A DNA stretch of 61,035 nt from a virus (lineage: Duplodnaviria; Caudoviricetes). The stretch is taken from positions 1 through 61,035 of IMG/VR virus record IMGVR_UViG_3300025141_017123; one strand, 5' to 3'. Positions 1 to 10,253 of this stretch are shown piece after piece (position 1 is the first letter of the stretch; every line of letters begins with the position of its first letter). Made by a program: the position numbers and the translations under genes. Below the pieces are notes generated by a model. The model ran no database searches and was not told the origin of the DNA. It worked only from the letters and a program-made list of their open reading frames with translations.

Positions 1-1188
1 TCAACTTTTACAGACATCAACAATGTGATCAATCAATAAATTGAGTTTCCTGAAGTCATAACGAACATGAATCGACTTAACCTTTTTAAACTGTTTTGTA
101 TAGTGCTCTTTCTCTTCTAAGGCACCGTGATACGTTTTCATGTCACTCTTATATAAAGACCACCTGACAACAGGTTCCTTGCTCACCTTGTAAGATAAAT
201 CTAGAAAACACTCAATAGCGACCGCTTTACCATTTACATCCGCATAATGCCTACCGGTTGGCCCTTCAGTCACAAAATTGGAAAACTCTTCCAAGTCTGG
301 GAGCTTCATAACCTTTAGATTTCTTGGCGCTTTAATCTCAGCCGTCTTCTCATACTTCTCAACCCCTTCAGCATCGTTATCAAAGATAAAAAGACATTTG
401 TTAAGCATCCCAATACTCGACAAGCCTTGAAAAAACTTATACAAACTACCCGTTCCAGTAAATGGATAATGCTCTTTCATATCTACATAGGTAAAAAAGT
501 CAGTAACATCAGGCCTTAGAAGCGTCATAGCTTTCTTAATAATAAATAAATCAGATGACCCTTCCGTTATAATCAAAAATTTATGTTCGTCATCCACGCC
601 AGTATGAAGCTCATCTTTGGTAACCAACCGTCCTTCAACTATTTCCTGCGTTCTCCACATAACTTTCACATGTTGATTCTTTGGGTTTTCAGCGAGCAGT
701 CGCATATATGCATACGGATGAAGACGGTTTAAAAATATAAAAAAATTATCACTGTTTGCGAGTATTGGCTCTTTTGCATCCTCAAAACCATTTTGTTTAA
801 AAACAACCTCAGAGAGATAGTCATAAAACGTTAAACCTGAGTTTTCTGAAAGGCTCTCTAAGTCATCAATATTCATAGCTGATACGACTTTTACAAAATC
901 CTCAAAAGAGACCAATTCCAAAAATGCCTCTTCAAAAAAATCTAAAATACTCTTCTCATAAACAGTTTGGATATCTTTAAGTTTATAGCCCAACAAATCT
1001 AACCTTAACTTTACTTTACCCAACGTGCGTGAAAAGCCAGTTTCTTCATGCAATTCATCCTCATATATATGTGTGTTTATCACGCCATAATCAGACTGCA
1101 TAAACAATTTTGAGTGATTGTTGAAATACTCACCCTTACTATAATCGAGCTCCAAAGAGCCTACATCTAAAGAAACAGAAGAACCCAC
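1..1188 (-). CDS. HEPN/Toprim-associated N-terminal domain + TOPRIM domain protein (candidate defence nuclease)
   Basis: N-terminus MGSSVSLDVGSLELDYSK..NNHSKLF resembles the HEPN/Toprim-NTD; TOPRIM motifs IITEGSSD and FDNDAEG; GTG start. Confidence 0.7.
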   Translation of the reverse strand: MGSSVSLDVGSLELDYSKGEYFNNHSKLFMQSDYGVINTHIYEDELHEETGFSRTLGKVKLRLDLLGYKLKDIQTVYEKSILDFFEEAFLELVSFEDFVKVVSAMNIDDLESLSENSGLTFYDYLSEVVFKQNGFEDAKEPILANSDNFFIFLNRLHPYAYMRLLAENPKNQHVKVMWRTQEIVEGRLVTKDELHTGVDDEHKFLIITEGSSDLFIIKKAMTLLRPDVTDFFTYVDMKEHYPFTGTGSLYKFFQGLSSIGMLNKCLFIFDNDAEGVEKYEKTAEIKAPRNLKVMKLPDLEEFSNFVTEGPTGRHYADVNGKAVAIECFLDLSYKVSKEPVVRWSLYKSDMKTYHGALEEKEHYTKQFKKVKSIHVRYDFRKLNLLIDHIVDVCKS

Positions 1189-1518
1189 TTAAATCTCCCT
1201 ATAAACAAAATTAAGTATTCTAATAAACGATAAAGCTAACCTCTACCCATACCACCTAAATCAAACCTGGTCGACAAAAACCCAACTATATGGTCGTTCC
1301 CGATGGTTAACAATCAAGCAAAGCAAAGTCATAAACTAAAATAACGGTTTCAATATGTAGAGCTCTTTCTCAAATTCATCCAAACCACCTAAATGAATTA
1401 ATTTAAGAATACTTCGTCATAAATTGTTCCCAAAAAAACGCCTTACTTCAACCATTTTGGTGGATATGTACAAGTTTGAAAGCTTTTTTTAGCATACAGA
1501 TACTACTAGACAGTATAA

Positions 1519-2253
1519 TTAGAGGCCTATGCTCTCACATCGGCTTTCAACTACATCATTTTGACTCTTTTGTAGCTTTGAAATCTTCATAGCTCTAGTG
1601 CACTCCCAATCATCAACAGGATACATTTTATCCCAGGCACTCATTAGCTGGCGTTGCGCTTTACTCATGTTGTATCGTTTATAGGTGTTTTCCATATACA
1701 AATAAGTACGTGCAATTTGCCCTCTGGCTATTTCAGGTGGCTCAGCTTTTCTCTCGTCAATTTTCATCGCACAACGTCCAAAGTCGCTTTGAGCTGCTGG
1801 AAGCATAGTAAAGTTATAATTGCTTCTGAGAGCATTAACAGCGCCAATGGCCGGATAAAGGTTAAACATATCAGCTTGCATAAAACGATATTCTGTATTT
1901 ACTTTTTCCGCACACCTTCGACCTTTAAATGACTTACCCTTACTATTTACACACTGCTTATGCCCATCTCGCCATTCGCTAAAAGTACGACCAAAGTTTT
2001 CTGCTGGAACAACGTGCTCCCATTCAATTTTTTTAGCTCTTTTGACGTACTTTGTTGTAGAAAACCCCTCAGGTGCAGTTACTTTTTTACTAGCATCAAA
2101 TGTCGCGCCACAATAAAGGGTAATGCGGTGATTGTTATAAACCTGCTTTTCTAGAAGTCGTTTAGCTTTGCTGAAAGAGTCGACTTCTTGATTTGCTGAA
2201 GAGGAAGCAGAGAAAATAAGTATTGATAACAGTGTAATTGTGGATGCCTTCAT
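1519..2253 (-). CDS. endA: Periplasmic/extracellular endonuclease I (EndA/Dns family)
   Basis: Signal peptide, TLYCG, IEWEHVVPA, DMFNLYPAIGAVNALRSN, RGQIARTYLYM. Confidence 0.9.
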   Translation of the reverse strand: MKASTITLLSILIFSASSSANQEVDSFSKAKRLLEKQVYNNHRITLYCGATFDASKKVTAPEGFSTTKYVKRAKKIEWEHVVPAENFGRTFSEWRDGHKQCVNSKGKSFKGRRCAEKVNTEYRFMQADMFNLYPAIGAVNALRSNYNFTMLPAAQSDFGRCAMKIDERKAEPPEIARGQIARTYLYMENTYKRYNMSKAQRQLMSAWDKMYPVDDWECTRAMKISKLQKSQNDVVESRCESIGL

Positions 2254-2347
2254 TATGATTCTTGATACCTATTTTGGTTTAAATATGTCACATATAATAT
2301 TTAATTGTAGAACTCAGACATTATGCTTTTAAAATTCAATGGGAAAG

Positions 2348-2857
2348 CTACTTACCAGTCCATGTATTGTCATTTTGGTACTGCCCAGAGCAAGCGCTGT
2401 TATATGCAAATTGGCCCGTAGACTTATCTCGACAGCGCCAAACTAAGTAATAGTTGCCATCATAAAACTGGTCCCATGCATAGCCAGAAGAATAGTTATT
2501 TGAACCGCCAGCTCCTGCAGCAGCAACAGCTAAAACAACGACACCTACCGCAACGACAGCAGCAACAACGCCTTGAGCTATTTCTTTTCTGTCTTGTACA
2601 GCTAATATCTCACATTTGTACTGAGTGAGTGTTCTATATTCAACTTCTCTGTTAAGTGCGTAGATATAGTTCGCTTCATCAGTATTCTCGGTGGTATAAC
2701 TTTTAGCGAGGATATCTTTATCATTAAGGTAGTTTCGACACACTTGAGCATCGGTTAATTCAGAGTCACCGGCAATGATGGCGCGTCTAGAGGCCGAACA
2801 GCCAGTAATAAAGCTATGTATCAGAAAGGATACGATAGTGTTTTTAATTGAAGTCAT
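2348..2857 (-). CDS. Hypothetical putative lipoprotein with Ala/Val/Gly-rich hydrophobic segment
   Basis: Lipobox-like ITGC, hydrophobic AVVAVGVVVLAVAAAG stretch. Confidence 0.55.
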   Translation of the reverse strand: MTSIKNTIVSFLIHSFITGCSASRRAIIAGDSELTDAQVCRNYLNDKDILAKSYTTENTDEANYIYALNREVEYRTLTQYKCEILAVQDRKEIAQGVVAAVVAVGVVVLAVAAAGAGGSNNYSSGYAWDQFYDGNYYLVWRCRDKSTGQFAYNSACSGQYQNDNTWTGK

Positions 2858-3054
2858 TAGTAAACTATTCCATGTTTAAAATAAGCTTTGACTAAGCTCA
2901 TAATTCCTTCGTCAAATATTAACAAACGAAGCCAGATTTTACTAATTGTTAATAACAGGTTTTTAATATTAAAGCATGCAACCTGCTTACATCAGCCCTG
3001 ATAAAACTATCATCTTTACAAAAAGAATCTTGGCTTAATTTAAACCTTAATTTA

Positions 3055-3074
3055 TACTGTATATACAAACAGTA
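3055..3074 (+). promoter_or_regulatory. LexA (SOS) box upstream of umuDC
   Basis: TACTGTATATACAAACAGTA = CTG-N10-CAG, 12 nt before the umuD ATG. Confidence 0.92.
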
Positions 3075-3086
3075 TTCGAGGTGTGT

Positions 3087-3503
3087 ATGTTCGTTATTCC
3101 AATTTTTATAGAAGCAGGTATTACCGGCTTTGAATCTCCCGCAACAGAGTATATAGAGCTAGGAATCTCTATTGACGAGCTAATTATTAAACATCCCAAC
3201 GCCACATTCATTGGGTTAGCGTCGGGCCAATCGATGCAAGATGTAGGTATATTCGATGGAGACTTACTTGTTGTTGATAGAGCTGAAGATGTAAGTTCAG
3301 GCGATGTAGTCGTTGCGAGTTACAATGGGTCGTTTGTTTGTAAAATAATAGATAAAACAAACCGCTTGCTAATCTCAGCATCCAAAAGCTACAAATCCGT
3401 TTATGTTTCACCTGAAGATGACTTCAAACTCGAGGGTGTAGTCACAACCAGTATCCGCTTACACAAAAACAAAATAGAGCTCAGTCGATGTTTGCCCTCG
3501 TAG
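3087..3503 (+). CDS. umuD: DNA polymerase V accessory subunit UmuD (S24 peptidase)
   Basis: GFESPA cleavage region, SGQSM catalytic Ser, VCK Lys; overlaps umuC. Confidence 0.92.
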   Translation: MFVIPIFIEAGITGFESPATEYIELGISIDELIIKHPNATFIGLASGQSMQDVGIFDGDLLVVDRAEDVSSGDVVVASYNGSFVCKIIDKTNRLLISASKSYKSVYVSPEDDFKLEGVVTTSIRLHKNKIELSRCLPS

Positions 3504-4747
3504 ATGCTGTCGCTTTTTACGCGAGTGCGGAGAAAGTATTTGACCCTTCGATTCGCTCTAAACCAGTTGTAGTACTTACAAATAACGATGGATGTATTTG
3601 CGCCATATGCCCTATCGCACGAAAGTTGAACATCCCCAAATTTCAGCCTTACTTCAAGATTAAAAACTATTTAGAACAGCACCATGTCGTGGTTCGCTCT
3701 TCTAATTATGAGCTTTACGCTGATTTAAGTGAAAAAATGATGACTGTTATAAATCGGTTTTGTGATGACCACTATGTATACAGTATCGACGAATCGTTCT
3801 TACGATTTACGGGGTTCACTAAAATCATCAATGACTGGGCTGACTATGGGCAAATAATACGTCGTGCAGTATGGCGAGAAACAGGGTTACCCGTTGGTGC
3901 TGGCTTTGGCACAACACCTACCCTAGCAAAAGCGGCCAACCATGCAGCCAAAAAACTATCAGGGTACAACGGTGTAGCCGTCATTAACGATGAAAAATCT
4001 CGTAAAGAAATACTGATGCGCATGGATGTCACTGATGTCTGGGGTATTGGCTCTCGTTTAGGAAAAAAACTTAAGTTAATGGCGATTAATACTGCCTGGG
4101 ACTTAGCTTGCCAAAACCCTAAAGCAATGAGGCGCATGTTCAGTGTTGTCGTAGAGAGAACTGTTAGCGAATTAAATGGTATTACCTGTTTAAGTTGGGA
4201 TGAAGTAAAGCAAGATAAGAAAGAAATATACTCAACTAGAAGTTTTGGTGAAAGAGTCACTGATTTAACAACATTAAAATCGGCTTTAGTAACACATGCC
4301 GCCATTGTTGGGCGAAAACTCAGAAGACAACAATCATTAACAAAGCGTGTAGTTATTTTTGCTGCCAGCTCGCCGCATGAAGATGAGCACTACAAAAAAT
4401 CACTTCTATATGAGTTTCCCATACCGACATCAGACACCAGCGTTATAGCTAAGGCTGTTTCTGCGGTTATTGATAAAATTTATAAACCGAATACGCGCTT
4501 TTATCGCTGCGGTATAGGAGCTATAGAATTAGAAAGTGAATCATTTCAACAAGCCGATATGTTCTCTGTGAGTGAGGATAAACCTAAAATGTTGGAATGC
4601 TTAGATGTAATAAATAAACGCTATGGTGTAGGAACTTTATCTATAGGTAGTGAAAAGCTAACAAAGTCATGGAACATGAAAAGGGCTTTTTTATCGCCCC
4701 ACTACACAACCCGCTGGTCAGACATTCCTATCATAGATTGTGATTGA
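3488..4747 (+). CDS. umuC: Y-family DNA polymerase V subunit UmuC
   Basis: MFALVD..FYAS, SSNYELY, YSIDE, C-terminal W.MKR..LSP.YTT.W. Confidence 0.95.
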   Translation: MFALVDAVAFYASAEKVFDPSIRSKPVVVLTNNDGCICAICPIARKLNIPKFQPYFKIKNYLEQHHVVVRSSNYELYADLSEKMMTVINRFCDDHYVYSIDESFLRFTGFTKIINDWADYGQIIRRAVWRETGLPVGAGFGTTPTLAKAANHAAKKLSGYNGVAVINDEKSRKEILMRMDVTDVWGIGSRLGKKLKLMAINTAWDLACQNPKAMRRMFSVVVERTVSELNGITCLSWDEVKQDKKEIYSTRSFGERVTDLTTLKSALVTHAAIVGRKLRRQQSLTKRVVIFAASSPHEDEHYKKSLLYEFPIPTSDTSVIAKAVSAVIDKIYKPNTRFYRCGIGAIELESESFQQADMFSVSEDKPKMLECLDVINKRYGVGTLSIGSEKLTKSWNMKRAFLSPHYTTRWSDIPIIDCD

Positions 4748-5086
4748 ATCAGTTAAGTTAATATTGAATATGTTCCATTCCGACCAATCAAAGCATGAAC
4801 ATTTGTAGTTAAGCTCGGTTGTGGCTTTTTCACAACTTTGAATTTTAAGTCTTTGTTACAAATTCATCTAGACTTGGACTAAAAGCATAATGAAAAGGGA
4901 TATTACTCTTATCACCATAAAGCAAACGCTTATACTCACTGGATTACCTTAAGTATAGGATCTCTTAGCAAACAAAGGTAAGACCGGCTCCTTAATCGTG
5001 CAGGTCATGTAATATGCACTCACACTCATATTCTCAGTAAGCAGCCATGCTATAATTCGAAAATATTTCAGTAAAAGGAAGTTACA

Positions 5087-7432
5087 ATGCTAGAAAGAAT
5101 ACAAAAAATAGAAAACGTCGGTAACTACAGTCGAGCCCTTGCTGGCGGCTTCCCTCTTGGTCGCGTGAGTGTAATCTATGGTGAAAATAGAAATGGTAAG
5201 AGCACTCTTTGCGATATTCTTTACTCATTATCGCTTAATGATCCTCAGCTAGTCCTTGATAGAAAATCAGTAGTTCAAGGTCATGAGCCAGATACTATCA
5301 ATCAACAAATCGAATTAAAGTTCTCCGATAGACAGCAAACCGTTAAGTTCAGAAATTCAGAATGGGACTCTCAACCACCTGAAGAATCAAATCTATATAT
5401 CTTTGACCACGGATTCATTCATCGAAATGTATTGGCTGGAACAAAGTACAGTCGTGAGAATTCAACTAACGTTTCAAGGTTTATCTTAGGTGAAAACATA
5501 GCGGCTTTTGATGACCTCGAAGTTCGTAATCAACAACTAAGAACTGATAGACAAACGTTAAACAGACATAAAACAGAATTGGAGGGTCACGAAATTGGTG
5601 ATTTTAAAGCGTTTGTTGAGTTACCAGTACCGACCAAAACGCTTGATGAGTTAGATGCTGACATTCGAGTATCAAAGCAGGCTCAAGAACAGCTCGCAAC
5701 TCAAATCACGAATACAACGCAAATCACTCAACGCTCGAATCTAAATGGCTTATTTAATGGTGTTTCTATTACCTCCACATCACAAGAAATCAACAATTGT
5801 TTAGCTCTTTCTATGGTCAACGTACATGACGCATCTAAGGCTATAGTTACTGAGCATAAGAACAAGGTTAACAACAAAGAATCATTTAATGGATGGGCTG
5901 CTAGTGGTATCGAACACTTAGATGAAGATTGTCCTTTCTGTGGGCAAGAATTAGGTGCTGACGCTCAAGAACTAATAGAGAGCTACAGAACTGCTTTTGA
6001 TGACGCTTTCCAAAATTTTGTAAGAAACACCAAAACAGAAGTAACCCGACTGAGAGCTAAAACGCTTATAGATGTTAGCCTTGAAAAATTAACAGAGAAG
6101 CATGATCAGAATGTCGCTACTTTAGAAACTTACTCCGAAGGTACTATCAACGACAAGTTACGGGAACTCGACCACGAAGCAATGTTAACTCAGCGTTTCG
6201 AATCAGTTACTGAAGCACTTCTAGCTCTAATTGATGAATCAGTTACAACTAACAATGCGATTGATACAGCATTATCAGATAAATATGATGCGCCTTACAA
6301 TGCTTTTAATTCAATTGATTTCGATGAGTTGCAATCAAATATAGATGCTTTTAATGGAGCTATTCAAAGTTATTCGGACGCTATTGCACCTTTGAATGCA
6401 ATGTTAAGCGAGTTTAAAAACGGTCAAAATGTAGCTGATTTAAGGGAAAAGAAACAGTTAGAAGCAGAAAATGAAGTTGGCATAGCTATTAGTCGTAAAC
6501 GATTAAATTTAGATGTTCTTTGTGTTCAGTATAATAATCTAAAAGCACAGATTGACATAGATAAAGCAAGTTACGATGCTGATAAAGAAGCCCTTGAACT
6601 GGCTCAAGAGGCGTTTTTGAATACGTATTTTGTAACTATCAACGACCTATTCAGACGTATTGGCTCAACTGACTTTGCTATATCTCGTAAGGTTAACCGT
6701 GGTGGGGCTAGAACCGTCTATGACCTTGAAGTTAAGTTTAAAGGTCAACTGATAAACAACTCTAAGCTTCATTGTTTGTTCAGTGAGTCAGACCGTCGAG
6801 CTTTGGCTCTTTGTATATTCTTAGCCAAAATACAACAACTTTCATATGAAGCTAAAGCGAAGGCTATCTTGGTTATGGATGATCCTGTTACAAGCTTTGA
6901 TAGTGAGCGTATTTCTAGCATTTTGCAAATACTGCATGCTATAGAGCCTAGTATTAAACAGATGATTATAACGACCCACTATAAGGGCATGGCATCTGCG
7001 GTTATGAAAAAATTCGTAGATGTAAATGCACTTAAAATCTATCAAGATGAAACAGGCTCAAAATTCGTTGCAACAACAAAGGCAGAGATGACGGCGACAC
7101 CTCACGATGAGCGTTATGCTGAAATCATGGCTTTTGTAGAGCGTAGAACTCAAGAGAACCAAATAGGAAAGCTTCGCCTATTTATTGAAGATGAAATGAG
7201 ACAGAGATATAAACTTCCACTATCTAACCTCAACCTTACTGTGAGAGATAAATTTAGTGACTGCATCAACGCTCTTCGGGATGGAAATTACATTGATGCT
7301 GACATAGCACACTCATTGGATGACTACCGAACGACACTTAACGGAACTGCTCACGAACTAGAAGAATGGTCACTTGAGGACTCACGAGGGTACGCTGAAG
7401 GTATGATGGAGTTCATTTATCAAAGATTATAA
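5087..7432 (+). CDS. RloC-like AAA_13/SMC-type ATPase with zinc hook and probable C-terminal HEPN nuclease
   Basis: Walker A GENRNGKST, coiled coil with CPFCGQ hook, signature FSESDRR, Walker B ILVMDDPVTSFD, TTH switch, C-terminal RTTLNGTAH. Confidence 0.75.
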   Translation: MLERIQKIENVGNYSRALAGGFPLGRVSVIYGENRNGKSTLCDILYSLSLNDPQLVLDRKSVVQGHEPDTINQQIELKFSDRQQTVKFRNSEWDSQPPEESNLYIFDHGFIHRNVLAGTKYSRENSTNVSRFILGENIAAFDDLEVRNQQLRTDRQTLNRHKTELEGHEIGDFKAFVELPVPTKTLDELDADIRVSKQAQEQLATQITNTTQITQRSNLNGLFNGVSITSTSQEINNCLALSMVNVHDASKAIVTEHKNKVNNKESFNGWAASGIEHLDEDCPFCGQELGADAQELIESYRTAFDDAFQNFVRNTKTEVTRLRAKTLIDVSLEKLTEKHDQNVATLETYSEGTINDKLRELDHEAMLTQRFESVTEALLALIDESVTTNNAIDTALSDKYDAPYNAFNSIDFDELQSNIDAFNGAIQSYSDAIAPLNAMLSEFKNGQNVADLREKKQLEAENEVGIAISRKRLNLDVLCVQYNNLKAQIDIDKASYDADKEALELAQEAFLNTYFVTINDLFRRIGSTDFAISRKVNRGGARTVYDLEVKFKGQLINNSKLHCLFSESDRRALALCIFLAKIQQLSYEAKAKAILVMDDPVTSFDSERISSILQILHAIEPSIKQMIITTHYKGMASAVMKKFVDVNALKIYQDETGSKFVATTKAEMTATPHDERYAEIMAFVERRTQENQIGKLRLFIEDEMRQRYKLPLSNLNLTVRDKFSDCINALRDGNYIDADIAHSLDDYRTTLNGTAHELEEWSLEDSRGYAEGMMEFIYQRL

Positions 7433-7656
7433 TTAATTTCAGACAATTAACTCCCTATTTCGATATTCGTTTTAAGATGAAACCGTTCTCTACATACAAG
7501 TTAACCCCAGCTTCCCGAAGCGGTATTCGGATTAGTAAGTTAAATGCCAAACTAATAGAGCGTGGCTAAATCAACTTGAAACTCAAAATGGGGCAGAAAC
7601 GAGTTTGGATTTCCCAGCTTTCACTAGACACCGGCTTATAATCTTAAAGTACAAAA

Positions 7657-7753
7657 CGGAAGTAGACTTCCGATTTTAAGCCTATATTGACATATTTCGG
7701 AAGTAAACTTCCGTTTCTAGGGCTCAAAGGTAGTTATCGGAAATATATTTCCG
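7657..7753. repeat. Three 16-bp palindromes at 41/40-bp period
   Basis: CGGAAGTAGACTTCCG (7657-7672), CGGAAGTAAACTTCCG (7698-7713), CGGAAATATATTTCCG (7738-7753). Confidence 0.85.
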
Positions 7754-7933
7754 TTTTTGATAGCGGTGTTAACCTAGATAGCTATATTAGCTACTTTTCA
7801 GGGTCTTATTTGAGCGAGAAGCAGACGGTCGAGTAAACTCGTTTTTGGACAAAAGTTGGTTAGTGCAATGGCACTAACTCAACCTTAATAGATTAGTAAA
7901 AATATCTTGGAGACCTTAAACAATTGTAGCAGC

Positions 7934-9289
7934 TTAGCCCCAAATGTTTCGAGAAATCAAAGTATACGGCTTCTGCTGATTGTCTATAGTTTTAGTTTCT
8001 GGATCATAGAAGTAGTGAGTGATTTCGTAATTTCTAAACTCATCTAATGATAAGGGTTTTTCGGCGAAAGGATTATGGTGAATTTGAAGCCCATCTAAAT
8101 GAGTTTCAAAGTGAATTTCATTACTTTTCATTTCCATCACTAGACCTTGAGATGGATGATACCAACTGGAACGAATTTCACGTTTAAGGTTGCTTTGAGT
8201 GATCGCTTTTCCAAGAGTAGCTGTAGTTGAGAAAATAACTGCACTAATATGTTTAAACTTATCCGTTGTGAAGAGCCCCAGTTCCAATGGAGTTTTGCCA
8301 TTTTTTATCGCTAGATTCACTTCAACTTCAGAAAACCCATTATTTTTATCTACACCCTGTGCATATAGAACTCGGATAATAGCCTCATTATTTTGGATGA
8401 AGAACAATGGCTGCTCATACGGTGCAACGGCTATTACGTAAGGGTTGGATTTAACATGATCGTGTTTTTCGTAGGTTTCGAAATATTTTTTACTTTTAAA
8501 GTCAATTGCGTTCAACAATCGTACACACGAAAAATTAAGGAACTCTTTATCCTCAAGTAGATTTGCCCCATATCCATCCCACTCTGGTATAGAATCATGA
8601 GCATGGTTAGCAGTAACCGCCTCAACGTTAATTAGGTTTCCGTTAAGCGTATTTAAGGTGAAATCAGGGCTAGGTTGAGTAAAATCGACCTCCATCTTCA
8701 AATCTTTAAAGCACTGGAAAAGATATAGTTCCCAAAAAGACGAGTTGAATGTTTCCTGAAACTGGCGATTAAATTTGTTGTCCCTGTCTTCAAAACCACT
8801 TGCCCAACGGTTGAGTACTTCTCTCACTGGCGCATACTCTTCGGAGAGTATATGTTTAAAATTCGGATTTAATTTCTTACTTTCAGCAACAATATCAAAT
8901 AATGCTAAAGGCTTCTTCGCTGTTCTATACTCAGAGCTCAAGAAATAGCGTCCAAACATATAATGTTTTAGCACGTATTCGACAATCGTGATTCTAACCA
9001 TTGCAGCGATTTCACGATCTTTTTTCTCAGCTATAAATGCAGTTACATCTAATAAATACTGCTGAGGACCTGTTGGTCCATCGACGTCTTCACAGCTATT
9101 TTCAAGAGCACCTTTGTAATCAGATTCATTGATATAAAACCTCTGTACTCGGTCAACTACAAATGCAGTCCCATGCTGCGCAGCATCAAGCTCTTCAAGA
9201 ATAAATTGCCATGCGACACTTTTGTTATTCTCTTTAAAATCAATTATTTCTATGATTTTCTGAACTGCCGCATTAATAAATTGTTGCAT
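7934..9289 (-). CDS. Two-domain protein with C-terminal PD-(D/E)XK-like nuclease domain (family often labelled 'glycosaminoglycan attachment protein')
   Basis: DRDNKF..FQETFNSSFWELYL, SPDF, VEAVT motifs; preceded by GTTAGCT core-like site at 9320. Confidence 0.6.
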   Translation of the reverse strand: MQQFINAAVQKIIEIIDFKENNKSVAWQFILEELDAAQHGTAFVVDRVQRFYINESDYKGALENSCEDVDGPTGPQQYLLDVTAFIAEKKDREIAAMVRITIVEYVLKHYMFGRYFLSSEYRTAKKPLALFDIVAESKKLNPNFKHILSEEYAPVREVLNRWASGFEDRDNKFNRQFQETFNSSFWELYLFQCFKDLKMEVDFTQPSPDFTLNTLNGNLINVEAVTANHAHDSIPEWDGYGANLLEDKEFLNFSCVRLLNAIDFKSKKYFETYEKHDHVKSNPYVIAVAPYEQPLFFIQNNEAIIRVLYAQGVDKNNGFSEVEVNLAIKNGKTPLELGLFTTDKFKHISAVIFSTTATLGKAITQSNLKREIRSSWYHPSQGLVMEMKSNEIHFETHLDGLQIHHNPFAEKPLSLDEFRNYEITHYFYDPETKTIDNQQKPYTLISRNIWG

Positions 9290-9520
9290 TGATTACCTTA
9301 CTTAAAATCCATCAGCTAACAACTTCTATACGACTCTGCGCCGCATTTAACGCCGATATAATACAGTCTTTTCAAAATTTAATCGATAGGTTAGTGACTG
9401 CAGTGAGAGGTTCGATCGCTTAGAGAAGCATAATTTCTAGATGTACTGTATTCGGATAACTTTTGGTAGGGCAAACGCATTCCAACAAAATATGAATGAG
9501 TATTTACGCTAGCTTTTTTT

Positions 9521-9559
9521 GGGGCAAAGGCGAGTTAAATACATAACCCGCCTCTGGAC
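9521..9559. repeat. REP-like hairpin; related arms at 7590-7605, 7836-7850, 15894-15909
   Basis: GGGGCAAAGGCGAGTTA-aataca-TAACCCGCCTCTGGAC; GGGGCAGAAACGAGTT recurs at 7590 and 15894. Confidence 0.55.
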
Positions 9560-9606
9560 AATTATGAGTTAGTGTCGACGGGCGGTTCTGTGCCATACAG
9601 CGGTCG

Positions 9607-9696
9607 TTAGCGCTTCGCTAAGCGGAAAATAATGGTTGGCTATAATCGCATAGCGATGGCCAACTGTTATTTTTCCGTTTAAGCAACTAGTTAGTT
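9607..9696 (-). repeat. attC site (integron cassette recombination site), R' degenerate
   Basis: R'' AACTAAC overlaps the stop of 9691-9969; long imperfect palindrome CGGAAAATAA.GTTGGC...GCCAAC.TTATTTTTCCG; R' reads GCT instead of GTT. Confidence 0.8.
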
Positions 9697-9969
9697 TTTG
9701 TCGCCTATAGCATTTACTTCAAAGAAACCGCCACATGGTCGAGTTCCATCTTCAATACCATTACAAAACAAACCTTTAGTTGAAAGGTTGTTTTCAATCA
9801 TTTTATTAATTACATCGTCTACACGTAAGCTTGGCTTGCTGCATAATTCTTTAGAGCAATATATAGGAGTATTTATATCAGAATAACTTCGTGATATGGG
9901 TGGTTCACTACTACCCATTTCGTCGAATTCAAAGATATAATTTTTAGTAATATTTTCTTGATTGGACAT
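9691..9969 (-). CDS. Gene-cassette hypothetical protein, Cys-rich
   Basis: ATG 9969; cassette core GTTAGTT at 9991 complementary to R'' AACTAAC. Confidence 0.7.
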   Translation of the reverse strand: MSNQENITKNYIFEFDEMGSSEPPISRSYSDINTPIYCSKELCSKPSLRVDDVINKMIENNLSTKGLFCNGIEDGTRPCGGFFEVNAIGDKN

Positions 9970-10253
9970 ATTCACCCTTTTGAAAACTAACAGCTTATTG
10001 AACACGGTTTTGGTGGTTTATAACACACCAAAAAGGCCTATATTACATACCCTGATAATTTCACCAATAATTATCATTGTAAACACGTAATTACAATAGC
10101 TAGGAATTAAGCTCGTTATTTTGCATCAAAACGACGGATAGTAATGTTATCGGGCAAGGTTAGGCTCCTACTCGAAATAAATTTAACTTTTCAGTGAACA
10201 GCCTAGCTTCGCAAAAGTACCAACCGCTGACATTAGCAACGCACTAAAAAAGC

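Noticed and set aside
1251-1394. 11-bp direct repeat ACCACCTAAAT
   Set aside because: Only two short copies; no function can be supported
3087-4747. SXT/R391 ICE rumAB
   Set aside because: No conjugation or ICE core genes in the window
7657-7753. Mini CRISPR array
   Set aside because: Repeats are only 16 bp and non-identical, spacers are 24-25 bp, and no cas genes are in the window
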